A DNA stretch of 64,000 nucleotides from Candidatus Poseidoniaceae archaeon (GTDB lineage Archaea; Thermoplasmatota; Poseidoniia; Poseidoniales; Poseidoniaceae). The stretch is taken from contig CBFIJH010000001.1 of assembly GCA_965662895.1 (NCBI GenBank), positions 128,001 to 192,000 of the forward strand, in the 5' to 3' direction. Both the position numbers and the translations under genes were made by a program. Every line of letters starts with the position of its first letter. The first letter of the stretch is position 1. Below the pieces are notes generated by a model. That model was not told the DNA's origin and made no database searches. It saw nothing but the letters and a program-made list of their open reading frames with translations. Positions 48,116 to 57,065 of this stretch are shown here, piece by piece.

Positions 48116-49104
48116 GCGACATTGCAAACGACATCGATTCGATGAAAGAGTGGCTCGATGCTGCCATTGAGCGTGGAGCAGTACCAGTTTTAACAGGTCA
48201 AAATGGTGACATGGATACGATCGGATCGGCTGTAGCTCTCGCATCGATACACCCCTCCCTTCTTGCCTGTGGGCTTCATTTGGGTCGAATTGCGAAACGC
48301 ATGGTTGATGAACTCAAAGCACCCTTTCGAAAACTCTCGGAAATAGGAACCATTTTTCCTGAACAATTGGGCGGCATTATCATTGTTGATGCTGCTGCAC
48401 CAGATCAAGTAGGAATTCACTTACCCGAGGTGCCAAAACTTATTCTTGACCATCATGCAACGAACGGTTGGGTTCTCAACGACGGCGATTGTATGCTGAA
48501 CTGGGACGTTCGCGCTACAACAGAAATGGTTGCAACCTACATGTTCAAACATGCTAAAGGCGCATTGAGCGAACCCGTAAGGAAGATGCTGCTCGCAGGG
48601 ATGATTACAGATACGGGTCGTTATCGACATGCAAACGCAAGTTCGTTCGAAATTACATCACAACTTCTTAGCGATTCAAACATTGATTATGCAGAGTTTT
48701 GCGAGGACATTGAACGTGAACAGACCTCTCCATCGGAACGTGGTAGCCTCCTGCGGGGATTGAGTAGGACAAAGCATCACGATGCGGGAGCGTGGAGTCT
48801 TGTGACAACATACGCTGGAACGCTCGAAGGGCGTCTCGCATCCTTACTCCTCGGGACCGGTTGTGATGTCTCCTTGGTTTCTCGTCATCGTGATGGTGAA
48901 TCCAGATTGACGGCAAGGGCGACCAGAAAAGCAACATTGAGCGGGGTTCATTTGGGAAAAATCATGCAAGAAATTGCTCATCAACACGGAGGCGATGGTG
49001 GTGGGCATGATGGCGCTGCAGGTTGGTCGGGAAAGGTTGATCGCATCCGTGCAGAGTCAGCATTTATCGCTCAACTTATACTACAAGAAAAGGTGAAACA
49101 ATGA
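48112..49104 (+). CDS. DHH/DHHA1 phosphoesterase
   Basis: NGDMD, IVD, LDHH, GMITDTG, GGGHDGAAG. Confidence 0.88.
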   Translation: MSDIANDIDSMKEWLDAAIERGAVPVLTGQNGDMDTIGSAVALASIHPSLLACGLHLGRIAKRMVDELKAPFRKLSEIGTIFPEQLGGIIIVDAAAPDQVGIHLPEVPKLILDHHATNGWVLNDGDCMLNWDVRATTEMVATYMFKHAKGALSEPVRKMLLAGMITDTGRYRHANASSFEITSQLLSDSNIDYAEFCEDIEREQTSPSERGSLLRGLSRTKHHDAGAWSLVTTYAGTLEGRLASLLLGTGCDVSLVSRHRDGESRLTARATRKATLSGVHLGKIMQEIAHQHGGDGGGHDGAAGWSGKVDRIRAESAFIAQLILQEKVKQ

Positions 49105-50150
49105 GACCGAAAGCACCAGGGCTGTACATTTCGAAGTGGAGAGAAGAGGGGCCGGTGTCCCTTGAATCAGCACGAAGGTGGAGAGATGAATTTGGTTGGA
49201 ACGATTGGATGGCAATCATTGAAGCAGCCCTGTATCTCGATGCTGCTGAATTGGTTGAATTGATTTTACCGGAACTCTCACCTGCACAACGAGCAACATT
49301 CGATTTAGTGCGGCGACGAATGTTAGGTGATCAACGTCTCGAGGAAGCCATCGATAAAGCACTCGAAATCTGTCGAACGCCAGAAACTCGAGACCTCGCA
49401 CTTGAAGGTCGACTTCGAATGGAGCGGGGGCTTCAACGGTTTGAAAAAGGAGATTCTGAAGGAGCTGAAGAAGATTTCACATGGGCAGAAACGCGATTAA
49501 AATCAGTAGCGAAAGCGAGTCGTGACCACGACCTTTCACTCCTCAACAAAGCTGCTTTTCACATGGCCTCTGGAGAAGATCTGATGGCGCTTCAAGTCTA
49601 TGGCGACATTTCTCGACAAGAAAAGCACGCGCATGAAACCATCGCCATTTCTCGTATCGGAGCATCGAGAATTCATGCTCGATATGGACGGATGTTCGAT
49701 GCGGCTCGAAATGCTTGGAATGGGCACGCACACGCCATTCTTGCTGGTCAAATTGCGATGGCGATTGAAGCAGGATCCCTATTTTTGGATTTGTCAATCG
49801 ATGCACAAGATGCATCTGCCACACGTTTTCAACAACAAGTCGATGAATCGAAGCCACGAGATGTGGGAGAAAAAGCACCTGAATTGAACGTCCACCCAGA
49901 TGATGTTTCAGGTGTCTTTGAGTGGTGTGTCAAGCATTTGGAGAAACAGCCAACTGGTCACGATCGACCCGATTTACGAGCCATGATCATGATGGCTCAT
50001 CGTCTCGACAGACTCGATGAGTTCAGTTGGCTCATCGATCAACCTGAAGCCGTTGAAGATTCGATGTTGGTTGCCGTAGTCCTCGGTTGCTCAATCGATG
50101 AAGAACAAAATCTTGCTTGGACTGAGCGCATGCAATCATTGATGCCCTAG
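49101..50150 (+). CDS. Hypothetical helical (TPR-like) protein
   Basis: 349 aa Ala/Leu/Glu-rich; ATGA coupling with AGGTGA SD. Confidence 0.65.
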   Translation: MRPKAPGLYISKWREEGPVSLESARRWRDEFGWNDWMAIIEAALYLDAAELVELILPELSPAQRATFDLVRRRMLGDQRLEEAIDKALEICRTPETRDLALEGRLRMERGLQRFEKGDSEGAEEDFTWAETRLKSVAKASRDHDLSLLNKAAFHMASGEDLMALQVYGDISRQEKHAHETIAISRIGASRIHARYGRMFDAARNAWNGHAHAILAGQIAMAIEAGSLFLDLSIDAQDASATRFQQQVDESKPRDVGEKAPELNVHPDDVSGVFEWCVKHLEKQPTGHDRPDLRAMIMMAHRLDRLDEFSWLIDQPEAVEDSMLVAVVLGCSIDEEQNLAWTERMQSLMP

Positions 50151-50552
50151 TTCTATAGAATCGGCCCATTCGCTCAAATCATGGACCTCTTTGATGTCCC
50201 AATGCGTAAATTCTGGCAATTCTGTAAACCACTTGACAGTTCGGACGTGCTGGTCGTCAACGTTCCATGATGTTTTTGAAAACGGATGACGTTGATCATC
50301 CACGATGATGAGCCCGACCCATCCATCTGGGTAATACGTGGTATTCCAGGCAACCAATTGACCAGAACCACCTACTTCTTCAGTAAGTTCCCGTTGAAGT
50401 GCCTGTTCAGGCGTCTCATTTTTTTCGATGTGACCACCGGGAAATTCCCAACCTCGTTCGGGGTGGTTGACCAATAAGATTTGACCTGAATTCTGAATTG
50501 ATCGAGCATTGCTTTGCGGCACGACGTACGCTAAAACAAAGGATGGAGGCAT
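50136..50552 (-). CDS. NUDIX hydrolase
   Basis: WEFPGGHIEKNETPEQALQRELTEEVG Nudix box; start after AGGTGA. Confidence 0.88.
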   Translation of the reverse strand: MPPSFVLAYVVPQSNARSIQNSGQILLVNHPERGWEFPGGHIEKNETPEQALQRELTEEVGGSGQLVAWNTTYYPDGWVGLIIVDDQRHPFSKTSWNVDDQHVRTVKWFTELPEFTHWDIKEVHDLSEWADSIELGHQ

Positions 50553-50560
50553 ACGATCAC

Positions 50561-51595
50561 CTACATCCTTTCCCGACACTGGTCAAGATATGTAACAGCC
50601 CAGTCTTCGCCTGAAGCGACAAGACGTCGGGCTAAGAAAAATGCCTCCGATACGTTATCTGATTCAAGAAGCATAAGCAATCGCCTCTCATCTTTGTCAA
50701 GTTCTTGAGGTTCCTCCACTTCTTCTTGATTTATTCGAGCGTCGGTAGAATCAACCCGCACACGCTCGTTCAGTTGTTCCATTTGTTCAAGGAATGCCGT
50801 TCTATGTTCCAGTTTAGGACCGCTCCATGGAGTTTGTTCTTCACCTTCCATTCGTTCAGTTAATCGATTCAAAAATTCATCTCGCACACGCAAATGGGGC
50901 ATCAGCGTTTGGACATGGTCGTAACATGACCAAGCTGAATCGATCTCTTGTCGGCGCTCATGAAGTCGCCCCAATTGCATCCAAAGTTCATGATTGGAGG
51001 GGCGATGCGCGAGAAGATGTCGGCTCAATTCGATGAATAAATCTTCAAAACCTTGCAATCGCAGGATTTCGATACGGCGAGCATAAACGATATTTGCCCG
51101 TTGATCCCTGAAATCCAAATCTCTGCATCGATCGGCAAACTCTGCAATTTCGATGAGAACTGCATCACTTTCCTCATCCCCGCCTCCGCGTTCAATCAAA
51201 GCGTCCCACCATGCCTCAGGAGTAAGAGGATCACGAACGAATGCAGCCTCAAGCAGTTCCAGACCAAATTCAAGATAATTGAGATTTTTTAGTTTCTCGA
51301 ATTGTTCTGTATCCCTGCCAAGAACCGTGAAAACATCCTCTAAGACAATGCCAAGTCCATCATTGTCCTTGAGTTGAAGTTTGATATCCGCAAGACATCG
51401 CCAGTTCCTCTCGTCCGTAAAGTCATGCAACAGAGCCTGACGCGCATTCTGCTCTGCCCATTGCATGTTGGCCGCTTTTCGTTCGGGGTCGATTTTTGCA
51501 AGGCGAACGAATTTTTGCGCCTGTGAGCGATATCGATTGCCTAAATTCCTTCGAGGATGTTGCAAATCATCGTGAGAAGATTGACGCATGACCAT
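50561..51595 (-). CDS. Hypothetical TPR-like protein
   Basis: P.NHELWMQLGRLH...A..CY TPR-like pattern. Confidence 0.65.
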   Translation of the reverse strand: MVMRQSSHDDLQHPRRNLGNRYRSQAQKFVRLAKIDPERKAANMQWAEQNARQALLHDFTDERNWRCLADIKLQLKDNDGLGIVLEDVFTVLGRDTEQFEKLKNLNYLEFGLELLEAAFVRDPLTPEAWWDALIERGGGDEESDAVLIEIAEFADRCRDLDFRDQRANIVYARRIEILRLQGFEDLFIELSRHLLAHRPSNHELWMQLGRLHERRQEIDSAWSCYDHVQTLMPHLRVRDEFLNRLTERMEGEEQTPWSGPKLEHRTAFLEQMEQLNERVRVDSTDARINQEEVEEPQELDKDERRLLMLLESDNVSEAFFLARRLVASGEDWAVTYLDQCRERM

Positions 51596-51597
51596 CC

Positions 51598-52869
51598 CTA
51601 CTGGACGCTCATGTACCCATCTGGGTTATCTGAATGATGGATGGTTGCATCAAATCCGACTTTCGACGTTTGCCCGTCTTGATACCGTGACGGATCAAGG
51701 CTCGAACCTTTTTGATTTTCAAAGATGTGCGTGTCCCGATCAGGTTGCCAACGAGTTACCATCGCCCATTCTACTCGCACAGGATTCGTTATGTCGATGT
51801 CTTCATCAACAATTGTAACCATTTTCATCGAGCGATGACCTGCTAAAGCTGCCTCGATGGCTTTTCGACCATCGTCTTCGGAAGTTTTCCGAATTTTTAC
51901 GACTGCAGCAAGCCATCCACAACCTCCTTCTGTCATATGGACATCAATGCAATCGACAACTTTGGCAACTGCCTCTTTGATGGTTGGAGAACGAGGCAAG
52001 CCCATGAGCGTCTTGTGTTCTGCCTCACCGGGAATGAGCGCATGGAAAATTGGATTGTTACGATGGAGAACGCCATCAACTTCGATAACAGGTTCTTGAC
52101 GAACATCATCAACCGTTCCTGTAATATCGACATATGGACCTTCATCATCATCTTCCAGCGTGATGTGGCCCCACATAGCGTACTCAGCATCCGCAGGTAC
52201 CTCAATTCCATTTGGTAGTTGAACCAATTGAAGTGGTTTATCGTACAATTTTTCATGAAGCGCCGCCGCTATTGTCAATTCATCGATTGGTTCATCAAAG
52301 GACATCGCACCTGCAAGGAGTACAACAGGATCTGGAGCATTGACGATAGCGATTCGAACCTCTTCTCCACGTTCCCTCGCCTCGTCGACCATCGTTCGTA
52401 AGTGCCGGGGTACGAGACGAACGACCAGGTGATTCTTGTCACGCAAGAACTGCCGATGAAAACTCATGTTCCGGCGACCGTTCACCTCAGCGATGATAAC
52501 ACTCGCTGACATGTATCGGCCCCGATCTTGTGGCCAGTGGTGCGGGATGGGTAAGTTTCGCAAGTCGACGTTTTCCTGCATTTGATCATAAACAGGAGCT
52601 TCTGAGGCAGAAATAACTTCAGGAGTCGATGGATTTTTCATCGCCCAGGCAAGAGTGTCAATGTAGACCTCAGGTTGAATGCCAATGGCCTCGCAAAGCC
52701 TATCCCGTGTTAGCATGTTGACGGATATGCGCTGACCGGGAACCTCCTCGATGTTTTCGAACAACAGGTTTGGATGGCCTTGTTTTGTGCTTTGCTCCCA
52801 AATTCCGTGGACGAGACTAACTTGCTCATCGATTCGATGAGCATGTGACAGGTGATCTCGGAATGCCAA
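51598..52869 (-). CDS. UbiD-family prFMN decarboxylase (probable anhydromevalonate phosphate decarboxylase)
   Basis: RNMSFHR, EGPYVDITG, GGCGWL.AVV, IVDEDIDI..VEWA..TR, GSSLDPS. Confidence 0.8.
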   Translation of the reverse strand: MAFRDHLSHAHRIDEQVSLVHGIWEQSTKQGHPNLLFENIEEVPGQRISVNMLTRDRLCEAIGIQPEVYIDTLAWAMKNPSTPEVISASEAPVYDQMQENVDLRNLPIPHHWPQDRGRYMSASVIIAEVNGRRNMSFHRQFLRDKNHLVVRLVPRHLRTMVDEARERGEEVRIAIVNAPDPVVLLAGAMSFDEPIDELTIAAALHEKLYDKPLQLVQLPNGIEVPADAEYAMWGHITLEDDDEGPYVDITGTVDDVRQEPVIEVDGVLHRNNPIFHALIPGEAEHKTLMGLPRSPTIKEAVAKVVDCIDVHMTEGGCGWLAAVVKIRKTSEDDGRKAIEAALAGHRSMKMVTIVDEDIDITNPVRVEWAMVTRWQPDRDTHIFENQKGSSLDPSRYQDGQTSKVGFDATIHHSDNPDGYMSVQ

Positions 52870-52881
52870 CGTATCACGCCC

Positions 52882-53112
52882 TCAGAACTTGGTCTGAGTG
52901 TCTTCAAGATACCTTGGCCGTTCTTCTTCCTCCGGTTCGGATGTTGCAGACATCATGTTCAATCCGGAAAACAATCCTATAATGCCCACAGCGTGAGATG
53001 TAAGGATGTCGACGTTGGTGTCAACAAGCTCAATCCAATAATTGACAATGACCAAAAGGCCGAGAAGGATGGTTAGCAACGCCACGATTGGTCGCATGCC
53101 TTGCGGAATCAT
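52882..53112 (-). CDS. Small 2-TM protein
   Basis: Two hydrophobic helices; co-oriented with ubiD. Confidence 0.6.
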   Translation of the reverse strand: MIPQGMRPIVALLTILLGLLVIVNYWIELVDTNVDILTSHAVGIIGLFSGLNMMSATSEPEEEERPRYLEDTQTKF

Positions 53113-53239
53113 GAATGAACTAACAGGAACTTGTTTATGATGTTATTCTTCCAATCAGGCGGTGCAATCATCACGCCGATGAAACGGCGACTTGATATAT
53201 GAAAGCAAAGTCGGGAGAACGCTCGAATGAGGTTTTAAC

Positions 53240-53668
53240 ATGGGTAGAGGACTCTTTGCAGGTGCAAAAATGGCCAAGGACCGACAAAAGTTTCGTTGGT
53301 CCGACCGACGTTACAAGAAGCGCATGCTCAAATCTCGCGCCAAGCACGACCCGCTTGCCGGATCCACGCAAGCCAAGGGTATCGTTGTAGAAAAAGTTGG
53401 TATTGAAGCCAAACAACCAAATTCAGGAATCCGCAAAGCAGTCAAGATTTCGCTCATCAAAAACGGAAATAAATTGACGGCGTTCGCACCTGGAGACGGT
53501 GCAATCAACTTTATCGACGAGCACGACGAAGTCATGGTCGAAGGTATCGGTGGACGCATGGGTCGTTCATACGGAGATATTCCCGGCGTTCGATACAAGG
53601 TCATCCAAGTCAACGGCGTATCTCTCGACGAAATGGTTCGAGGTCGAAAGGAGAAGCCAGTCCGCTGA
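53240..53668 (+). CDS. rps12: 30S ribosomal protein S12 (uS12)
   Basis: [33 protein letters not shown]. Confidence 0.97.
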   Translation: MGRGLFAGAKMAKDRQKFRWSDRRYKKRMLKSRAKHDPLAGSTQAKGIVVEKVGIEAKQPNSGIRKAVKISLIKNGNKLTAFAPGDGAINFIDEHDEVMVEGIGGRMGRSYGDIPGVRYKVIQVNGVSLDEMVRGRKEKPVR

Positions 53669-53678
53669 GGTGTTTACG

Positions 53679-54293
53679 ATGTCAGAAGAACAAGAAGAAG
53701 TCGTCGTCGACAACCGCCCAATTGCCGGTATCGGAACACTTGTTTTCGGCAAGTGGGATGCCGCTGAAGTCGTGTGCAACGACCCGGGTCTTGCACCTTA
53801 CGTCAATCTCACAACCGTCGGTGTGCCTCACACTGGCGGCCGACATGCCAACATGTGGTTCGGAAAATCCAAGCTCAGCGTCGTCGAGCGTTACATCAAC
53901 AAGTTGATGCGAACCGGTGCTTACACAGGAAAGAAGCAATCCGCAATGAAAGCGTTCGAAAACGCACTCGATGTTCTTGCTGAGCGCCGTAAGATGAACC
54001 CTCTACAGGTCTTTGTGGACGCGATTTGCAATGCTGCTCCAATGGAAGAGATTACCAGGATCAAATTCGGTGCTGTTTCACAACCAAAGGCAGTCGATTC
54101 ATCACCCTCGCGACGTCTCGATGTTGCACTAAAGCACCTCGCCAAAGGTGCTCAGCAAGGCACACACAAGTCCAAACGAACACTGCAACAGTGCATCGTG
54201 AACGAACTCAACAAGGCTTCTGAAGGAGATGCGACATCGTTCGCTGTCGCCAAGAAAGAAGAGGTTGAGCGCATCGCAGCATCCGCTCGATGA
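53679..54293 (+). CDS. rps7: 30S ribosomal protein S7 (uS7)
   Basis: FGKW, PHTGGRH, NPLQV, AVD.SP.RR.D, KKEE.ERIA.SAR; ATG after GAGGTG. Confidence 0.96.
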   Translation: MSEEQEEVVVDNRPIAGIGTLVFGKWDAAEVVCNDPGLAPYVNLTTVGVPHTGGRHANMWFGKSKLSVVERYINKLMRTGAYTGKKQSAMKAFENALDVLAERRKMNPLQVFVDAICNAAPMEEITRIKFGAVSQPKAVDSSPSRRLDVALKHLAKGAQQGTHKSKRTLQQCIVNELNKASEGDATSFAVAKKEEVERIAASAR

Positions 54294-54384
54294 AAGCGCT
54301 TACGGCGTCGAATTTCGTCAATCTTTTGCGACTTGCTTAAGAACCCCATTCAAGTGGGCAAATTGAACCAGACAGGTGGATACC

Positions 54385-56592
54385 ATGGGACGTAAAGAAG
54401 ACAACATCAAAAAGGCTACAGAAGTCATGCACATTCTTCCACAGATTCGAAATCTGTGCATCGCTGCGCACATTGATCACGGAAAAACAACACTTTCAGA
54501 CAACTTGATCGCTGGAGCCGGAATGATGTCCAGCGATTTGGCTGGTGCTGCACGAGTTTTGGATTTTGACGAGCAAGAATCCGCACGTGGTATTACCATC
54601 AACGCTGCATCTGCATCAATGGTCCACGCTGTTGATGAAACCGACTATCTGATCAACCTCATCGACACACCCGGTCACGTTGACTTCGGTGGTGACGTAA
54701 CACGTGCTATGCGTGCGGTCGATGGTTGTTTCATCCTTGCATGTGCTGTTGAGGGTCCAATGCCGCAGACTGAAACTGTTGTTCGTCAAGCATTGAAAGA
54801 GAAGGTAAAGCCTGTTCTCTTCATCAACAAAGTCGACCGATTGATCAACGAATTGCAAGTTACACCTGAGGACATGATGAGTCGATTCCAAGAGACCATC
54901 ACCAAGGTCAACAAACTCATCAAGCAATTCGCTCCTGAAGAATTCAAGAAGGAATGGCAAGTCAGTGTTATCGACGGTACAGTAGCATTTGGTAGCGCAT
55001 ACCACAATTGGGGAATTACCATCCCATACATGAAGAAGTCCGGAGTAAGCATGACGGATATCTTCCAATACTGCAACGATGAGAAGCAAAAGGAACTAGC
55101 GCAAGCTGCTCCTGTTCACGAAGTTCTTCTCGACATGGCGGTAACAAAACTACCGAGCCCAGTCGATGCTCAGCCATATCGTATTCCGAACATTTGGACT
55201 GGCGACCTCGACTCTGCAATTGGAAAATCCATGATGGCTTGTGACCCAGAAGCAGAACTTGCTATGATGATTACAAAAATTTGGATGGACCCTCACGCTG
55301 GAGAAGTTGCAGTCGGCCGTATCTATTCCGGCGCTATTTCGCAAGGTGAATCGGTTTTCGCTATCGGTGCTGCAAAACCTGAACGTGTTCAGCAAGTTAG
55401 CATGATGGTTGGTGGTGACCGAATCACTGTACCGAAAGTCGTTGCAGGAAACATCGCTGCAATTACAGGTATCCGAAGTGCTGCTGCTGGTGTTACTCTA
55501 TCACGAGACAAGGACTTCACACCGTTTGAAGCAATACGCCATTACTCTGATCCGGTCGTTACGGTCGCCGTTGAGCCAAAGAGCATGAAAGATCTTCCAA
55601 AGTTCATCGATGCACTTCGCTCACTCGCTAAGGCGGACGCATCCTTGCAAGTTACAACCAACCAAGAAACTGGTGAAGCGTTGTTGGCTGGAATGGGAGA
55701 ACTTCACCTTGAGATTACTGTTTACCGAATTGAGGAAGAGCAAAACATCAAGGTCAGTGTCAGCCCACCGATCGTCGTTTATCGTGAAGGTATTCAAGGT
55801 AGTAACCGTGGACATGCTTTCGAAGGAAAGTCTCCGAACCGACACAACCGTTTCTTCTTTGAGATTGAGGCACTATCGGACGAAGTTGTCGGCGCTCTGC
55901 GCAATGGTGACCTCGGTGACGGTCCAGTGCGAAGCAGTGATGCAAAGGAAACCGGTAACAAGTTCGGTGAACTCGGAATGGACAAGGATTTGATGCGAAA
56001 GATCTATGCCATCAACGGAACCAATGTATTGGTCAACGATACAAAGGGTATCCAAGGACTTCACGAGACTCGTGAGTTGATTATTGAAGCATTTAACGAA
56101 GTTTGCAAGAAAGGACCCATCGCCGATGAGCCTGTCCAAGGTATGTTTGTGCGACTCACAGATGCGAAACTCCACGAGGACGCGATTCACCGTGGACCTG
56201 CTCAAACTATCCCTGCAGTTCGAAACGGAATCAAGGGTGCAATGATGCGAGCCAAGACTGTAATTCTTGAGCCGATGCAGAAGGCATTCGTATCCGTACC
56301 AAACGACTGGCTCGGTCAAGTTACGCGTGAGGTCACCAACCGACGTGGAATCATCGAAGACATGCCGAGTGAAGGCGATGTCACAACAGTCGTTGGTGTT
56401 CTACCAATCGCTGAAACCTTCGGTTTCTCAAACGACATTCGTGCAGCATCGCAAGGACGTGCAGTTTGGAACACAGAAAACCTCGGATTTGAAATGCTTC
56501 CACCACAGTTGTTCGACAAGGTTGTTGGAGAAATTCGAACCCGAAAGGGATTGAAACCCGATCCAAACCCCGAATCCTATTATGCAGATTGA
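54385..56592 (+). CDS. fusA: Translation elongation factor EF-2
   Basis: AHIDHGKTT, RGITI, DTPGHVDF, NKVD, diphthamide loop LHEDAIHRGPAQ. Confidence 0.98.
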   Translation: MGRKEDNIKKATEVMHILPQIRNLCIAAHIDHGKTTLSDNLIAGAGMMSSDLAGAARVLDFDEQESARGITINAASASMVHAVDETDYLINLIDTPGHVDFGGDVTRAMRAVDGCFILACAVEGPMPQTETVVRQALKEKVKPVLFINKVDRLINELQVTPEDMMSRFQETITKVNKLIKQFAPEEFKKEWQVSVIDGTVAFGSAYHNWGITIPYMKKSGVSMTDIFQYCNDEKQKELAQAAPVHEVLLDMAVTKLPSPVDAQPYRIPNIWTGDLDSAIGKSMMACDPEAELAMMITKIWMDPHAGEVAVGRIYSGAISQGESVFAIGAAKPERVQQVSMMVGGDRITVPKVVAGNIAAITGIRSAAAGVTLSRDKDFTPFEAIRHYSDPVVTVAVEPKSMKDLPKFIDALRSLAKADASLQVTTNQETGEALLAGMGELHLEITVYRIEEEQNIKVSVSPPIVVYREGIQGSNRGHAFEGKSPNRHNRFFFEIEALSDEVVGALRNGDLGDGPVRSSDAKETGNKFGELGMDKDLMRKIYAINGTNVLVNDTKGIQGLHETRELIIEAFNEVCKKGPIADEPVQGMFVRLTDAKLHEDAIHRGPAQTIPAVRNGIKGAMMRAKTVILEPMQKAFVSVPNDWLGQVTREVTNRRGIIEDMPSEGDVTTVVGVLPIAETFGFSNDIRAASQGRAVWNTENLGFEMLPPQLFDKVVGEIRTRKGLKPDPNPESYYAD

Positions 56593-57065
56593 GCATGATA
56601 ACTGGGAACATTTCTGGTCTCTTTGCAACCACAGTAGGTGGTGTACCAAAGCCAGAAGTTGATTCAATCATCGTTGGAAAACTTGGTGTAAAAGACGAGA
56701 TTATTCGAGATACAAAACATCACGGTGGAGAACAAAAAGCCGTGTGTATCCTCGCTGAGGAAATCGTTCAGGATTTGCGAGAACGTGGACACCCGATTGC
56801 TGGTGGGACGACGGGTGAGAACATCCTGTTGAGTGTTCCATTCGAAGTTCTTCAACCAGGTGTTGTTCTTGAATTCGATGAAGCAGTCCTCGAGATCACC
56901 ATGGCAGCTACACCTTGCAAAACCATCGCTGAATCATTTTTGAATCAGGAGTTCACGCTCCTCTCCGACAAACGACATCCTGGAAGAACGCGTTGGTATG
57001 CACGAGTGCAAGTTGAAGGAATTATCAAAAATGGAGAAAATGTTGCAATCAACTCAAACGCTTGA
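56589..57065 (+). CDS. MOSC-domain (YiiM-like) protein
   Basis: GGVPK, HHGG..KAVC, GENI, PCKTI, WYARV..EG.I. Confidence 0.85.
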   Translation: MSMITGNISGLFATTVGGVPKPEVDSIIVGKLGVKDEIIRDTKHHGGEQKAVCILAEEIVQDLRERGHPIAGGTTGENILLSVPFEVLQPGVVLEFDEAVLEITMAATPCKTIAESFLNQEFTLLSDKRHPGRTRWYARVQVEGIIKNGENVAINSNA

